64,000 nucleotides of DNA from an uncultured bacterium. Its GTDB lineage: Bacteria > Hydrothermota > UBA3073 > NMUJ01 > CBEVQO01. The notes below the pieces were generated by a model, which worked only from the letters and a program-made list of their open reading frames with translations, was not told the DNA's origin and searched no databases. The stretch's first letter is position 1; each line of letters begins with the position of its first letter. The position numbers and the translations under genes are program-made. The DNA lies in NCBI GenBank assembly GCA_965552055.1, contig CBEVQO010000001.1, positions 256,001 to 320,000 on the forward strand, in the 5' to 3' direction. Shown here piece by piece: positions 9,852 through 19,051 of this stretch.

Positions 9852-10951
9852 TTTACATGTACCCATTTACCTTTAGAGAATTCCTTTATTGCCAAATGAT
9901 AAAACACATTGCCATTCTTTTGAATTGAAAGTACTCCTAAAAGAGACGGATAATTTTTTACATTTTCTTTTGCTTTTTTAATGATATCTTTTCCTTTGGC
10001 ATTTATCGGTAAAGACTGCATTACCTTTTCTATTATTTTAGCAATTTCGTAAGCCATTAGAGCATCTAAATCCGGTTCTTTTTTAAATTTTTTATAATAT
10101 CTTTCTCTAAATGTAACATATTTTTTGGCATTTTTATCTATATTGAAATCGAGTGCATATACCCCTTCCATTGCTTCACCGGCTGTATTTATTACCTTAG
10201 GATACGCTATCTCGAAAGACCCTATAATAATTCCTTCGAATTTATTTTCTTTTAACGACTTTATTAAATTCCCCAGCACACTTCCATAACCTATAAGGAC
10301 AACCGCTGCTGGCCTGAAAGAAAGAGCTTTCGTGACTACTGACCTTATATCTGCTTTTTCTTTAGAGAAACTCACTTTTTTAATCTTATTATCTGTTAAT
10401 TTCTCAAATTCTTTTAAGAAACCCAATCCAAAGTCATCGTTTATATAAACTACACAAATCTCATTATATTTGATATTTCTTAGGGACAAAAATTTTAGTA
10501 TTTCTTTTGCTTGATTCTCCGGCGTAGGAATAAATTTAATAATATTATCGTTGTCCTCCGTTAACCCCGGAGCAGCAGCTATTGCAAATAATGCTTTATT
10601 ATCTTTTATTATAAGAGGCTTTAATGCATTACACACACTACTCATACACCCTATTATTATAGAAATATTCTTCGGTACAATAAATTGATGGTAGATTGAA
10701 AGTGCAGTTTTAGGATCGTTTTTACTATCATAAATAAATAACTCACATTTTAAAGGTGTCTTTTCCTTCCAAATTAGAATACCGTTTCTGTTACTTTCTC
10801 CAAATTCCGCAGCACTCCCCGTCAGTGGCAATATTGCTCCTATTTTTATTACTTTTTCTTCTTTCTTGCAGGATGTGAGCGTAAATGAAACAAGAAGAGC
10901 ACCTACCATTAATCCCGCCAATATCTTTTTTATTACACTCATACCTTTCAT
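9848..10951 (-). CDS. Lipoprotein solute-binding protein (LivJ/LivK-like, type I periplasmic binding fold)
   Basis: GGAGGTG SD before ATG 10951; lipobox LTSC; IKIGAILPLTG..G; DSKNDP; no ABC permease or ATPase nearby. Confidence 0.85.
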   Translation of the reverse strand: MKGMSVIKKILAGLMVGALLVSFTLTSCKKEEKVIKIGAILPLTGSAAEFGESNRNGILIWKEKTPLKCELFIYDSKNDPKTALSIYHQFIVPKNISIIIGCMSSVCNALKPLIIKDNKALFAIAAAPGLTEDNDNIIKFIPTPENQAKEILKFLSLRNIKYNEICVVYINDDFGLGFLKEFEKLTDNKIKKVSFSKEKADIRSVVTKALSFRPAAVVLIGYGSVLGNLIKSLKENKFEGIIIGSFEIAYPKVINTAGEAMEGVYALDFNIDKNAKKYVTFRERYYKKFKKEPDLDALMAYEIAKIIEKVMQSLPINAKGKDIIKKAKENVKNYPSLLGVLSIQKNGNVFYHLAIKEFSKGKWVHVK

Positions 10952-10999
10952 TTTACACCTCCCGTTTTTTATCTTTAATTCACCCATACCCTCATTAAT

Positions 11000-11026
11000 A
11001 ATATACAAACTCCGTGACTTTGTCAA
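11000..11026 (-). promoter_or_regulatory. Promoter of the signalling operon, TTGACA-N15-TATATT
   Basis: TGTCAA 11021-11026 and AATATA 11000-11005 on the + strand. Confidence 0.6.
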
Positions 11027-11123
11027 TAATTTTTTAAAATTCATAATCCATTGCCTTTTCTTCAAAAATATACCCTGCTCTCCTTTCATATCCTCAAATT
11101 TTGTGCGATATCCGCACATTGTT

Positions 11124-11246
11124 CTAAAAACGCACACTCCTTATTGTTTTTATCAGAAATTTAACAAATGCCAGAATAATGCAAATACACACCACTATTA
11201 TACAAAACAATATCACAATTTTGATTATGACCTTCAGCATCCACAT
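11124..11246 (-). CDS. 40-aa hydrophobic membrane peptide
   Basis: MWMLKVIIKIVILFCIIVVCICIILAFVKFLIKTIRSVRF; ATG 5 nt after a TTGACA-N15-TAAATT promoter. Confidence 0.5.
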   Translation of the reverse strand: MWMLKVIIKIVILFCIIVVCICIILAFVKFLIKTIRSVRF

Positions 11247-11251
11247 CTTTA

Positions 11252-11314
11252 AATTTAGTGATAATTGAAAATTGTCAATAAAATTTGTTGACATTGTCGC
11301 ATTTTCGTTAAAGT
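11252..11314. promoter_or_regulatory. Divergent promoter pair, both with 15-bp spacers
   Basis: Minus strand TTGACA(11278-11273)-N15-TAAATT; plus strand TTGACA(11288-11293)-N15-TAAAGT. Confidence 0.65.
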
Positions 11315-11323
11315 AAAAGAAAA

Positions 11324-12817
11324 ATGCTTTTATTTTGTATTTTGCTATATATTTCGCAACATTATATGACAGGTCAAAAATATTTCTTCATTTACAAAAA
11401 CTATGAAAAAGCATTAATTGAGTTTCACAAAGCCCTCGATGAATCTTCATATGAGCTCAAAGGTGAAATCTTTCACTTTATAGGACTCTGCCATTTTTAT
11501 CTAAAACATTATGATAGTGCAATTGTGAATTTCAGCAAAACAATCGAGTATAATAAAGGTTGCGCAAGCGCTTACGCATATAGAGCAATTTGTTATTATC
11601 ACTTAAATGAAATTGAAAAAGCCAAAAATGACATTGATAAAGCTTTGAAAATGAAAAAAGTCCCTGTTTATTTCTATTTCAAAGGATTAATTTACGAAAA
11701 AATGAAAAATTATAAAGAAGCTCTGGACGCTTACAAAAATTATATTGATATGGAACCTTATGGTGAATATTGTGAAGAAGCCAGAAGAAGATTAAAGTGC
11801 ATTTTTGCAAAAATTAAAGAAGATAAAAAACCTCCAGAAATAATAATAACTTCGCAGTGGTATAATCCTCTAAAAAATGTTTACAGGATAAAATCGGATT
11901 CAATCCTTTTAGAAGGGTATGCCAAGGATGAGTCAGGGATAGATTATGTTATCATAAATGGTGAAAAGACAGGTGCCTCATTTAAAAAAGTTTTTCATAT
12001 TGATAACAAACTTACGATCTTTATAAAAGCAGTGGACAAAGCAGGAAATCAAAGTTTTAAAAAGTTAACCATAATAAAGGAGAAAGAAGGGAAAACAATT
12101 GATTTATGGCTATTCGCTATTGGCATCTCAAAGTATGCCAACCCTCATTACAATCTATTGGCGCCTGAAAATGATGTCAGAGAAATTGTGAAAATATTTA
12201 AATCAGAAACTTTGCTGTTTACGGAAGTTTTTGTAGAAACCTTATTAAACGAGAATGCGAATAGAAAAAATGTCTTAAGAAAAATGAAAGAATTTTTAAG
12301 TTCGGCTGGCGACGAAGATATTATTATTTTCTTCTTCTCTGGACATGGAGCGCGTTCAGGTAACCGAAGCGCTATGCAACTTTATGATGATTTATTAACC
12401 GCAGATGATATACAAAATGTTTTACAGAAATTATCATTTATTCCCCAGAAATGGATTTTCTTACTTGATTGTTGCTTCTCCGGCTGGATAATAAAAAGCA
12501 CGGAAGAAACAGAAGGAATAGTTGAAGAACTTATGGAAAGAATAACTGAATGTAAATTCAGATGTGTGCTTGCATCATCAAAACCAAATCAGATTTCAGT
12601 GTCACTGGGAAAACATGGTGCCTTTACTCTGGCACTTATTAAAGGACTTAAAGGCGAAGCAGATGAAGATAAAGATGGTATAATTACGATTCACGAATTG
12701 TGCAGATATGTATCTTATAAAGTGCCCATAATCACTCATGGATTACAGGAGCCTTATTTTAACATAAAGATTACAGGGACACAGATTGATGTCCCGATTT
12801 ATACTGTTAAATATTAA
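11324..12817 (+). CDS. TPR repeats, Ig-like linker and caspase-family (peptidase C14) domain
   Basis: TPR helices; AIGISKY, FFFSGHG (His), LDCCFSG (Cys), HGAFTLALIKGLKGEADEDKDGIITIHEL. Confidence 0.9.
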   Translation: MLLFCILLYISQHYMTGQKYFFIYKNYEKALIEFHKALDESSYELKGEIFHFIGLCHFYLKHYDSAIVNFSKTIEYNKGCASAYAYRAICYYHLNEIEKAKNDIDKALKMKKVPVYFYFKGLIYEKMKNYKEALDAYKNYIDMEPYGEYCEEARRRLKCIFAKIKEDKKPPEIIITSQWYNPLKNVYRIKSDSILLEGYAKDESGIDYVIINGEKTGASFKKVFHIDNKLTIFIKAVDKAGNQSFKKLTIIKEKEGKTIDLWLFAIGISKYANPHYNLLAPENDVREIVKIFKSETLLFTEVFVETLLNENANRKNVLRKMKEFLSSAGDEDIIIFFFSGHGARSGNRSAMQLYDDLLTADDIQNVLQKLSFIPQKWIFLLDCCFSGWIIKSTEETEGIVEELMERITECKFRCVLASSKPNQISVSLGKHGAFTLALIKGLKGEADEDKDGIITIHELCRYVSYKVPIITHGLQEPYFNIKITGTQIDVPIYTVKY

Positions 12818-15534
12818 ACTTTGACGCCCGCTTCTTTTAATTTGATTTGTATCATCGCTTTGACTCTTTCAGGTAAAGGATGCCAGTCAAATCCGTACTT
12901 TTGTTTATGTTCTTCCGCCCTCATTCGCAACTCCTTTTCTGTACCTTCTTCTTTATGAAGGTCGAAATATTCTTTTAACTCGTCTATATCCATTCCATTT
13001 ATTTTTTCTTCCAGTTTTTTCATTAAATCATCGTAAAAATTTCTTGCTTGCCTTATGAAATTTCCTTTGCCCTGTATTCTTCTTCCATCAAATTCGTACC
13101 AGTTACGGCTCCTCTTTACCACTCCTATTTCTATAAGAGTCCACAATAAATTTTCATCCACTTGTGCCAGACTCGGTAATATTTCGCGCATATTTGCCAC
13201 TATTTCTCTATCCATGACATCAAAATAGGAAGTCAAAGGCTCTAAAGGTTTGAATTTTTTTGCCTTAATCTCACTTTCGATTATTTCCATTGATTCTACT
13301 CTTTTTTCCCAATATGAATTAAAGTACTTCTCTAATTTCTCTTGTCCAAGCATTTCTATCTCTACACAAAATGTAAAATTGATAAACACCGCTCGATCTG
13401 TAATCCCTTCCTCTTGTTGTTCTTCAATTATATTATTTATCCTTCCTCCTGCCATTCTCTTTATATCCTGATTACCTGTTATCAAAAATTGTTCTTTGCG
13501 CGCACCTTGAGAGGTAAGCAAAAGTAAAGGGTCACTAACTCTATCGCAAATCTTACTTATCAGTTCGTTCATTTCTTTAGGATTTATTATTTTTTCTCTT
13601 ATAAGATCAGAAAGCGAAATATTTATGCTATCTATTTCTTTTTGTGCTCTCTCTTTCAACCATTGCTCACATTGTTGGGGTTCGTTCAGGAAAGTTTCTA
13701 AACTTTCACAAAAATCTCTCTTAATATCCTCGATTCTTCCTCTTATCTTTTTATTGAATATTTCTCTCAAATTAGCATCGCTCACTCCTATATATCTGAC
13801 ATTTTCGGCACGCAACATCTTTTCCCTCGCTCTTCCTCTTTCTAAATCGCATCTCTCTTTAATACTCCTTAACTTCGATTCTAATCTTCTATACTTTTCA
13901 CTTATAGGTGCTATTTCTTCCATTATTCTGCCCATCATTATATCGTATACTTCTTTACTTACCCGAGCTTCCAGACAATTTTGATGATATTGCTGTAATC
14001 TTCTGACAAAACTGGGGGCATATTTTTTAATTATTCTTCCTTTGAATAGTGTCTTCCTGCATTCCATAGCGATATTCGTGCGCATTCTTTCTAAGTCCTT
14101 TCTTTCTTGATGCACCCTTGGTTGTTTCCCTGAAAAATAATCCTGATACCTTCTTAAATATTCATTCGCTTTCTGCTCAAATCTTGCATGACATTCATTT
14201 AAAAATCTCAAAATGTCAGAAAGTGACCTATTACATATATTTAAAAAGCGACCTCTTATTTGGTTTATCACCTCATTCGCAATTTCATCCAATTCACTTT
14301 CTATTCTCCTCAATTGGTTCACAATATCCGAATTTACCTGTCTATAAACCTTTTCCATATCTGCTATTCCTTTTATTTCTCTTGAAGTAACAGCCGGAAT
14401 GGAAATCCTTTGGAATATTTCTTCAAACCTGTTTATAAAATTGTTAATTTCATTCTCATATGAAGTCGCTGTATCCGAAAGCAAATTTTCTATTGTTTTT
14501 ATTAAAAGTTCAAATTTAAGCCATTCATCTACCTCTTTTTTTGGATACTCAATTACTTCCGAATAAATCCCTCCCAATCTTTTCGAATAATCTATTGTGA
14601 TATCGCGATTTATCTGTGCATAAATTTGACCAAGTGAATCTTCGAGACCTGTGAGTAGCCGATAGATGACTTCAGAGATTATACCAAGGGCCGACAATCT
14701 TCTTCCTCCGAGGTCTACTTTGTTGTTAGAATTATCAAGTATAAACATAGTATGAAACAAAGGAGATGTAAAAACTCGAATGTTACCTCCTCCATAATCC
14801 ACCTGCCATGTTACATTTCTATTTCTATGAAAATAATTTACGTCTTTTAAAAATGCATAAAAATTGCCGATTGCACATTTTTCATCTTCTGTATATTCAA
14901 GACTTCCAGATAGAACTTCCGGCGCTATTATGAAAACCTTTAAGTAGTCAGGACCCACTTTATCACTTATCAGTCCAATTACATCAAGCAGAAGTCCACT
15001 GCCTGTTCCTCCGGATGCCGATGCAATGATACATACCATTTTTTTGCCATCAGAAACAGGAGCATTTGTTCTGGTTATATAGTTAGCAATAGTCTTTCGG
15101 TCAAAAACATGATCAATTTTTCTTTTTATTCCATCATTTACATTTTTAAAATTAAGGAATAAAGCAAGACGCCCTGCCTGACGAACCTGACCGACTCCTC
15201 CTCTCCTGGTTTCGTATGAAGGAACATAACCAGAAAACCACTTCGCAATGTGTCTTTCCTCACCTCGATGAACCCGGTTAATAATTTCCTCAACCTGTTG
15301 TTTATTTAAAACTGCCTGGATTGTGTCTATCGAAATTTCTCTTAAAAATTCGGGCTCGTCTATTTCCTGTTCAGAAGAAGTATCAATATGCAAAATGTCA
15401 ATAATGTCGGGCAATCCCGTTTCTCTGTTTAAATATTTCTCCGGAATGCGCTTCTGAATAAGATATTTCAAATATTTGCCCCCAAGCTTGCCTGTCCCCC
15501 CAAGCCCTACCACTAAAGTGGGAACCAATTTCAT
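12814..15534 (-). CDS. Tubulin/FtsZ-like GTPase domain with long helical C-terminus
   Basis: VVGLGGTG, GGVGQVRQAGRLAL, ASASGGTGSG signature loop; about 550 aa helical tail. Confidence 0.85.
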   Translation of the reverse strand: MKLVPTLVVGLGGTGKLGGKYLKYLIQKRIPEKYLNRETGLPDIIDILHIDTSSEQEIDEPEFLREISIDTIQAVLNKQQVEEIINRVHRGEERHIAKWFSGYVPSYETRRGGVGQVRQAGRLALFLNFKNVNDGIKRKIDHVFDRKTIANYITRTNAPVSDGKKMVCIIASASGGTGSGLLLDVIGLISDKVGPDYLKVFIIAPEVLSGSLEYTEDEKCAIGNFYAFLKDVNYFHRNRNVTWQVDYGGGNIRVFTSPLFHTMFILDNSNNKVDLGGRRLSALGIISEVIYRLLTGLEDSLGQIYAQINRDITIDYSKRLGGIYSEVIEYPKKEVDEWLKFELLIKTIENLLSDTATSYENEINNFINRFEEIFQRISIPAVTSREIKGIADMEKVYRQVNSDIVNQLRRIESELDEIANEVINQIRGRFLNICNRSLSDILRFLNECHARFEQKANEYLRRYQDYFSGKQPRVHQERKDLERMRTNIAMECRKTLFKGRIIKKYAPSFVRRLQQYHQNCLEARVSKEVYDIMMGRIMEEIAPISEKYRRLESKLRSIKERCDLERGRAREKMLRAENVRYIGVSDANLREIFNKKIRGRIEDIKRDFCESLETFLNEPQQCEQWLKERAQKEIDSINISLSDLIREKIINPKEMNELISKICDRVSDPLLLLTSQGARKEQFLITGNQDIKRMAGGRINNIIEEQQEEGITDRAVFINFTFCVEIEMLGQEKLEKYFNSYWEKRVESMEIIESEIKAKKFKPLEPLTSYFDVMDREIVANMREILPSLAQVDENLLWTLIEIGVVKRSRNWYEFDGRRIQGKGNFIRQARNFYDDLMKKLEEKINGMDIDELKEYFDLHKEEGTEKELRMRAEEHKQKYGFDWHPLPERVKAMIQIKLKEAGVKV

Positions 15535-16877
15535 GTTCCCTCCTCCTTCTCCTCCTCTAAAATTGATATGCTAATCCTACCTCTTACCGGGTCCACAACT
15601 GTTATCTCAAACTTATATCTGTTAAATTCTATTAATTTAGGATTGGTATCCCTTATTTCTATTTTATCTGTCTCCCGACCTTCATACCTCATTGCAGCTC
15701 CTTCACCCGAACTCACTTCAAAATAATGCTCAAATTTTTCTTCGTCAAGAAAATGCCAGATCGTAAAAGAAATCTTTTCGGGAATATTCCCCATAAATTG
15801 ACATCTTCTACCTGATTCAAATATACGGCATTTCCCTTCGGGTATCACAACTTCAATGTAATTTTTAGTTTCCCTGCTTTTACATATTCCACTGTAAACC
15901 ACAAAAATCACAATAACACCTGCAATAGCAAATAATACCCATATAGGGAAAGGTCGCTTACACAAAATTAATATTTGACCATCAGGTGGCTCGACTTCCA
16001 GCCTCACATTTTCCGCATTAAATGAGATACCAAGTTTGTACACACCCGTGTGTTTAAATCCTTTTAAGCGCAAAACAAATTCTTTTTCTTCTTTTTTACC
16101 AGTGCATATAAATGTATTCGGATAAATCTCAACTTCTGTTCCTTCGGGCAAATTTCCTTTCCATGATAAAAACACTTTCTTATTTTTCGATTTCCATGCC
16201 TCTCTTATCAAAATTTTAAATTTCCTTTCTACCAAACCTGCAGTCGGGTGTATTTTTATTTTCCTTGTTAATAATTTAATCTGAATAAAAGGAGGTATTC
16301 CTCCTGCCTGTGGTGGTATGTTATCCATTATTTCTGCGTGCGTCTGACTGGCAAACTCTTTAAGTCCCGGATGCTGAACTTTGCTCCCGTATTTTATAAG
16401 GTAAATGTAAGGTTTCACAAGCTGGAAATTTTCTTTGTAATATTTAATGATATCAGATGCAGTTACACTGGGAGACGCATTACCATAATCCGGCTCGCCA
16501 TCTGTCAAAATATATAACCTACATTCCCTGTCAGGATATGCCTGATAAAGCTCTTTTAGCCTTTTCAACGCAAGGTCTATCGCTTCCCACATCCTCGTAT
16601 AGCGCTGATTGAACTTCAAAGCGTCAATTTTTCTGCAAATCAAAGGTTTATTCTCATCGCTTATCACTTCATTGATGAATTCTTCATAAGAATCTCCAAA
16701 TTTTATTATTACTATTTTTTCGCCATTCTGTCGTGACAAAATATAATTTTTGAGGTCGCGCTTCACCAGGTAATCGAGTTTGCGCTGATGCATACTGCCC
16801 GATACATCCACAAGGAAAATATAATTTTGAAAATATGTTAACTTTTGCATGATAACTGCAAGTAAAATTATCCACAT
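15531..16877 (-). CDS. vWA-domain single-pass membrane protein
   Basis: MIDAS DVSGSM..T..LTDG; TM IWVLFAIAGVIVIFVVYSGI; AGGAGG SD; stop overlaps the tubulin-like ATG. Confidence 0.85.
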   Translation of the reverse strand: MWIILLAVIMQKLTYFQNYIFLVDVSGSMHQRKLDYLVKRDLKNYILSRQNGEKIVIIKFGDSYEEFINEVISDENKPLICRKIDALKFNQRYTRMWEAIDLALKRLKELYQAYPDRECRLYILTDGEPDYGNASPSVTASDIIKYYKENFQLVKPYIYLIKYGSKVQHPGLKEFASQTHAEIMDNIPPQAGGIPPFIQIKLLTRKIKIHPTAGLVERKFKILIREAWKSKNKKVFLSWKGNLPEGTEVEIYPNTFICTGKKEEKEFVLRLKGFKHTGVYKLGISFNAENVRLEVEPPDGQILILCKRPFPIWVLFAIAGVIVIFVVYSGICKSRETKNYIEVVIPEGKCRIFESGRRCQFMGNIPEKISFTIWHFLDEEKFEHYFEVSSGEGAAMRYEGRETDKIEIRDTNPKLIEFNRYKFEITVVDPVRGRISISILEEEKEEGT

Positions 16878-16926
16878 ATTCCCTCCTTTTTTAAATTATC
16901 ATACAAATTTTTCTTCATCTCTGTAA

Positions 16927-16953
16927 ATTATAGAAAAAGCATCAAAATGTCAA
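16927..16953 (-). promoter_or_regulatory. Promoter of the vWA/tubulin-like operon, TTGACA-N15-TATAAT
   Basis: Both hexamers match consensus exactly, 15-nt spacer. Confidence 0.75.
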
Positions 16954-17003
16954 TAAAAAATTTAAAATTTTATTTAATGAGCCTTTTAAATTTAATAACA
17001 TCT

Positions 17004-18044
17004 TTAATTTTCACAAATCTTACCATCATCTATCCACACATGCAATATTCCTTTATTTTGTGCCCATTGTTTCCACTTTGCAAAATTACTTTCTATATCA
17101 TTATTTATGATCTCTTCTTCCGCTTTTTCTTTTAACTTGTTAAATTTATCAAACATCTCCCCTGTAATTATCCTTTTTCCGCCATTTACTATTCGAAGAA
17201 AATCTGCTTTAAATAATTTCGTTTTTAAATCTTTGATTAATGGCTTCTCTTTTTCCATTTCATCAATCGTTACATATCCTCCTGTCTGATTCAATTTACT
17301 TTTTATATATCTAAAAAGTTCACTGATATCAAAAAAGAGCGGGGGAAATTCATACCAGCCCGGAGGTGGCACAGAAATATGCTTTTCCCTAAAATCATAT
17401 AAATTTAAATCAGAGGGATGTAAATATTGTATTTTTTCTTCAAAAACATAATACAATCTGGTTGAAGCAAGAGTAAAAGCCTCTGCAAGAAGCAGCGAAA
17501 GATTTATTTGATTGGAACCTCCTATCATATTCAACCATACTTCCTTCCTTTTTAAACCACATAAAGTTATGTAAACTTTCTCAAAACAATCATCAAAATC
17601 TTTGTAATTCACTTCTATTCCATAAAAATATTTTAATCCATAAGAATTATTTCCAAAATAAAATAAAAATTCGTCAATTTTTTCATTTACTCTCGAATTC
17701 TTTGATTTCTTTTTAAGTTCCATCAAAAGATTTTTAATTTCTTCGCTTAATCTTCGCAGGTATTCGAGAATAATGTGCGGGATGCTTTTTTGCAGTTGTG
17801 TCTTAAATAAATTATCGGTGATATTGCGAGGCGGCTCGGCTCCACTTAAGACTTCTTTGGAAGAAAAAATTATTAGACCTTCTACTTTCCCTTTTACTTT
17901 CTCACTCTCTTCTCCTGATTTAGCAAAAAATTTTAATGCTTTTTCATCTGTTATTGATTGCAACAATAATTTATATACATAAGTTAAAGGAACTGTTACA
18001 GCACCTGGATTTAATCCCAGGCCACTTACATGAAAAACTCCCAT
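17004..18044 (-). CDS. CRISPR-associated CARF-like protein with probable C-terminal winged helix
   Basis: HVSGLGLNPGAV (beta1 loop), WLNMIGGSNQINLSL (N-x-T/I-GG motif), LYYV..FPP; last gene of the csm operon. Confidence 0.6.
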   Translation of the reverse strand: MGVFHVSGLGLNPGAVTVPLTYVYKLLLQSITDEKALKFFAKSGEESEKVKGKVEGLIIFSSKEVLSGAEPPRNITDNLFKTQLQKSIPHIILEYLRRLSEEIKNLLMELKKKSKNSRVNEKIDEFLFYFGNNSYGLKYFYGIEVNYKDFDDCFEKVYITLCGLKRKEVWLNMIGGSNQINLSLLLAEAFTLASTRLYYVFEEKIQYLHPSDLNLYDFREKHISVPPPGWYEFPPLFFDISELFRYIKSKLNQTGGYVTIDEMEKEKPLIKDLKTKLFKADFLRIVNGGKRIITGEMFDKFNKLKEKAEEEIINNDIESNFAKWKQWAQNKGILHVWIDDGKICEN

Positions 18045-19051
18045 TATCTTATTTCTTCGAGCAAAATCCAGCCCAAAGGAAGATATTTCCTTTCATCCTT
18101 TCTTACCGCCCTCTTTGTTTCGATATCTTTATTTCTATTTATCAAATTTACAGTCAAACCATAATATCCCTGACCCATGCCTATTCTCAACATAAATTTT
18201 CCTTCATTAAGCTTCTCCTCTACCACACCATGATCTATCACCTCACCTCTACTAAATTCGGAAAAAGTTTGCTTCTCAAAATCGATTAAATCCTTATAAA
18301 ATTCTTTACATTTTGCTTTCAATCCATCAAATGTAAGAATTTCGGCAAGTTCCTTATTTCTCTCTGTAAATTTTTGTCTCAGTTTCTCATCTATTAAAAT
18401 TTCACATTCAAATTCTGTATTTTCCTGCAAAATTTCACACCAGATTCTAAAGCGTTTATTTTTTCTTCTATGTAGCACTGTCACGGGTTCAACTATCAAC
18501 CTATCCAGCTTTACTGGATTTGTGTCCCGTATGATAAGACATCTTAATATATCATCCTGGGGAGTGTTATTGATACGCAATAACTTTTCTAACTCCCTTT
18601 CATTGGAGGGCAATTTTTCCCCGGATTTAAGGATAGAATAAAGTAATGCCGTTCTTATAGCTCCCTTTATCTCCGAACCAGGAATATATGGCCCAGGTTC
18701 ATTATATTTCTCATTATACTGCTTTATAAAAGTATGGATTTTATCTCGTGGAATTTCTTTATAACTTAATTTATAATAATAGTTTTCTCGTTGCTTTGAT
18801 TTACTTAACAAATCATTATGTTGTCTTAAAAATTCTGTCATTTCTATTCTGCCCCGCTTCGCTTGTTCCAACAACTCGTTTCCACATCTTTTATATATTT
18901 CTTCAAACATTTCTTCTTTTAGGTAATAAACACTTTTATTTTCCTCATCATAGATATAAGTAAATGGTGTAAATTCTTCTCCACTTCCTATAAAAACCGG
19001 TGTCAATGTGTGAATTTTAAATTTCTTTATTGTATAAAGAGAGGAAGACAT
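18044..19051 (-). CDS. csm5: Type III-A RAMP Csm5
   Basis: TLTPVFIGSG, PYIPGSEIKGAIRTA, LRIGMGQG, PLGWI. Confidence 0.9.
   Translation of the reverse strand: MSSSLYTIKKFKIHTLTPVFIGSGEEFTPFTYIYDEENKSVYYLKEEMFEEIYKRCGNELLEQAKRGRIEMTEFLRQHNDLLSKSKQRENYYYKLSYKEIPRDKIHTFIKQYNEKYNEPGPYIPGSEIKGAIRTALLYSILKSGEKLPSNERELEKLLRINNTPQDDILRCLIIRDTNPVKLDRLIVEPVTVLHRRKNKRFRIWCEILQENTEFECEILIDEKLRQKFTERNKELAEILTFDGLKAKCKEFYKDLIDFEKQTFSEFSRGEVIDHGVVEEKLNEGKFMLRIGMGQGYYGLTVNLINRNKDIETKRAVRKDERKYLPLGWILLEEIR

Noticed and set aside
10952..11137. Extra 62 N-terminal residues on the binding protein in the ORF track
   Set aside because: Strong SD and lipoprotein signal begin at 10951, and a promoter lies inside the extension
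12814..15534. Calling the gene ftsZ
   Set aside because: 906 aa, divergent motifs, no division gene cluster; fits the vWA-associated tubulin-like families
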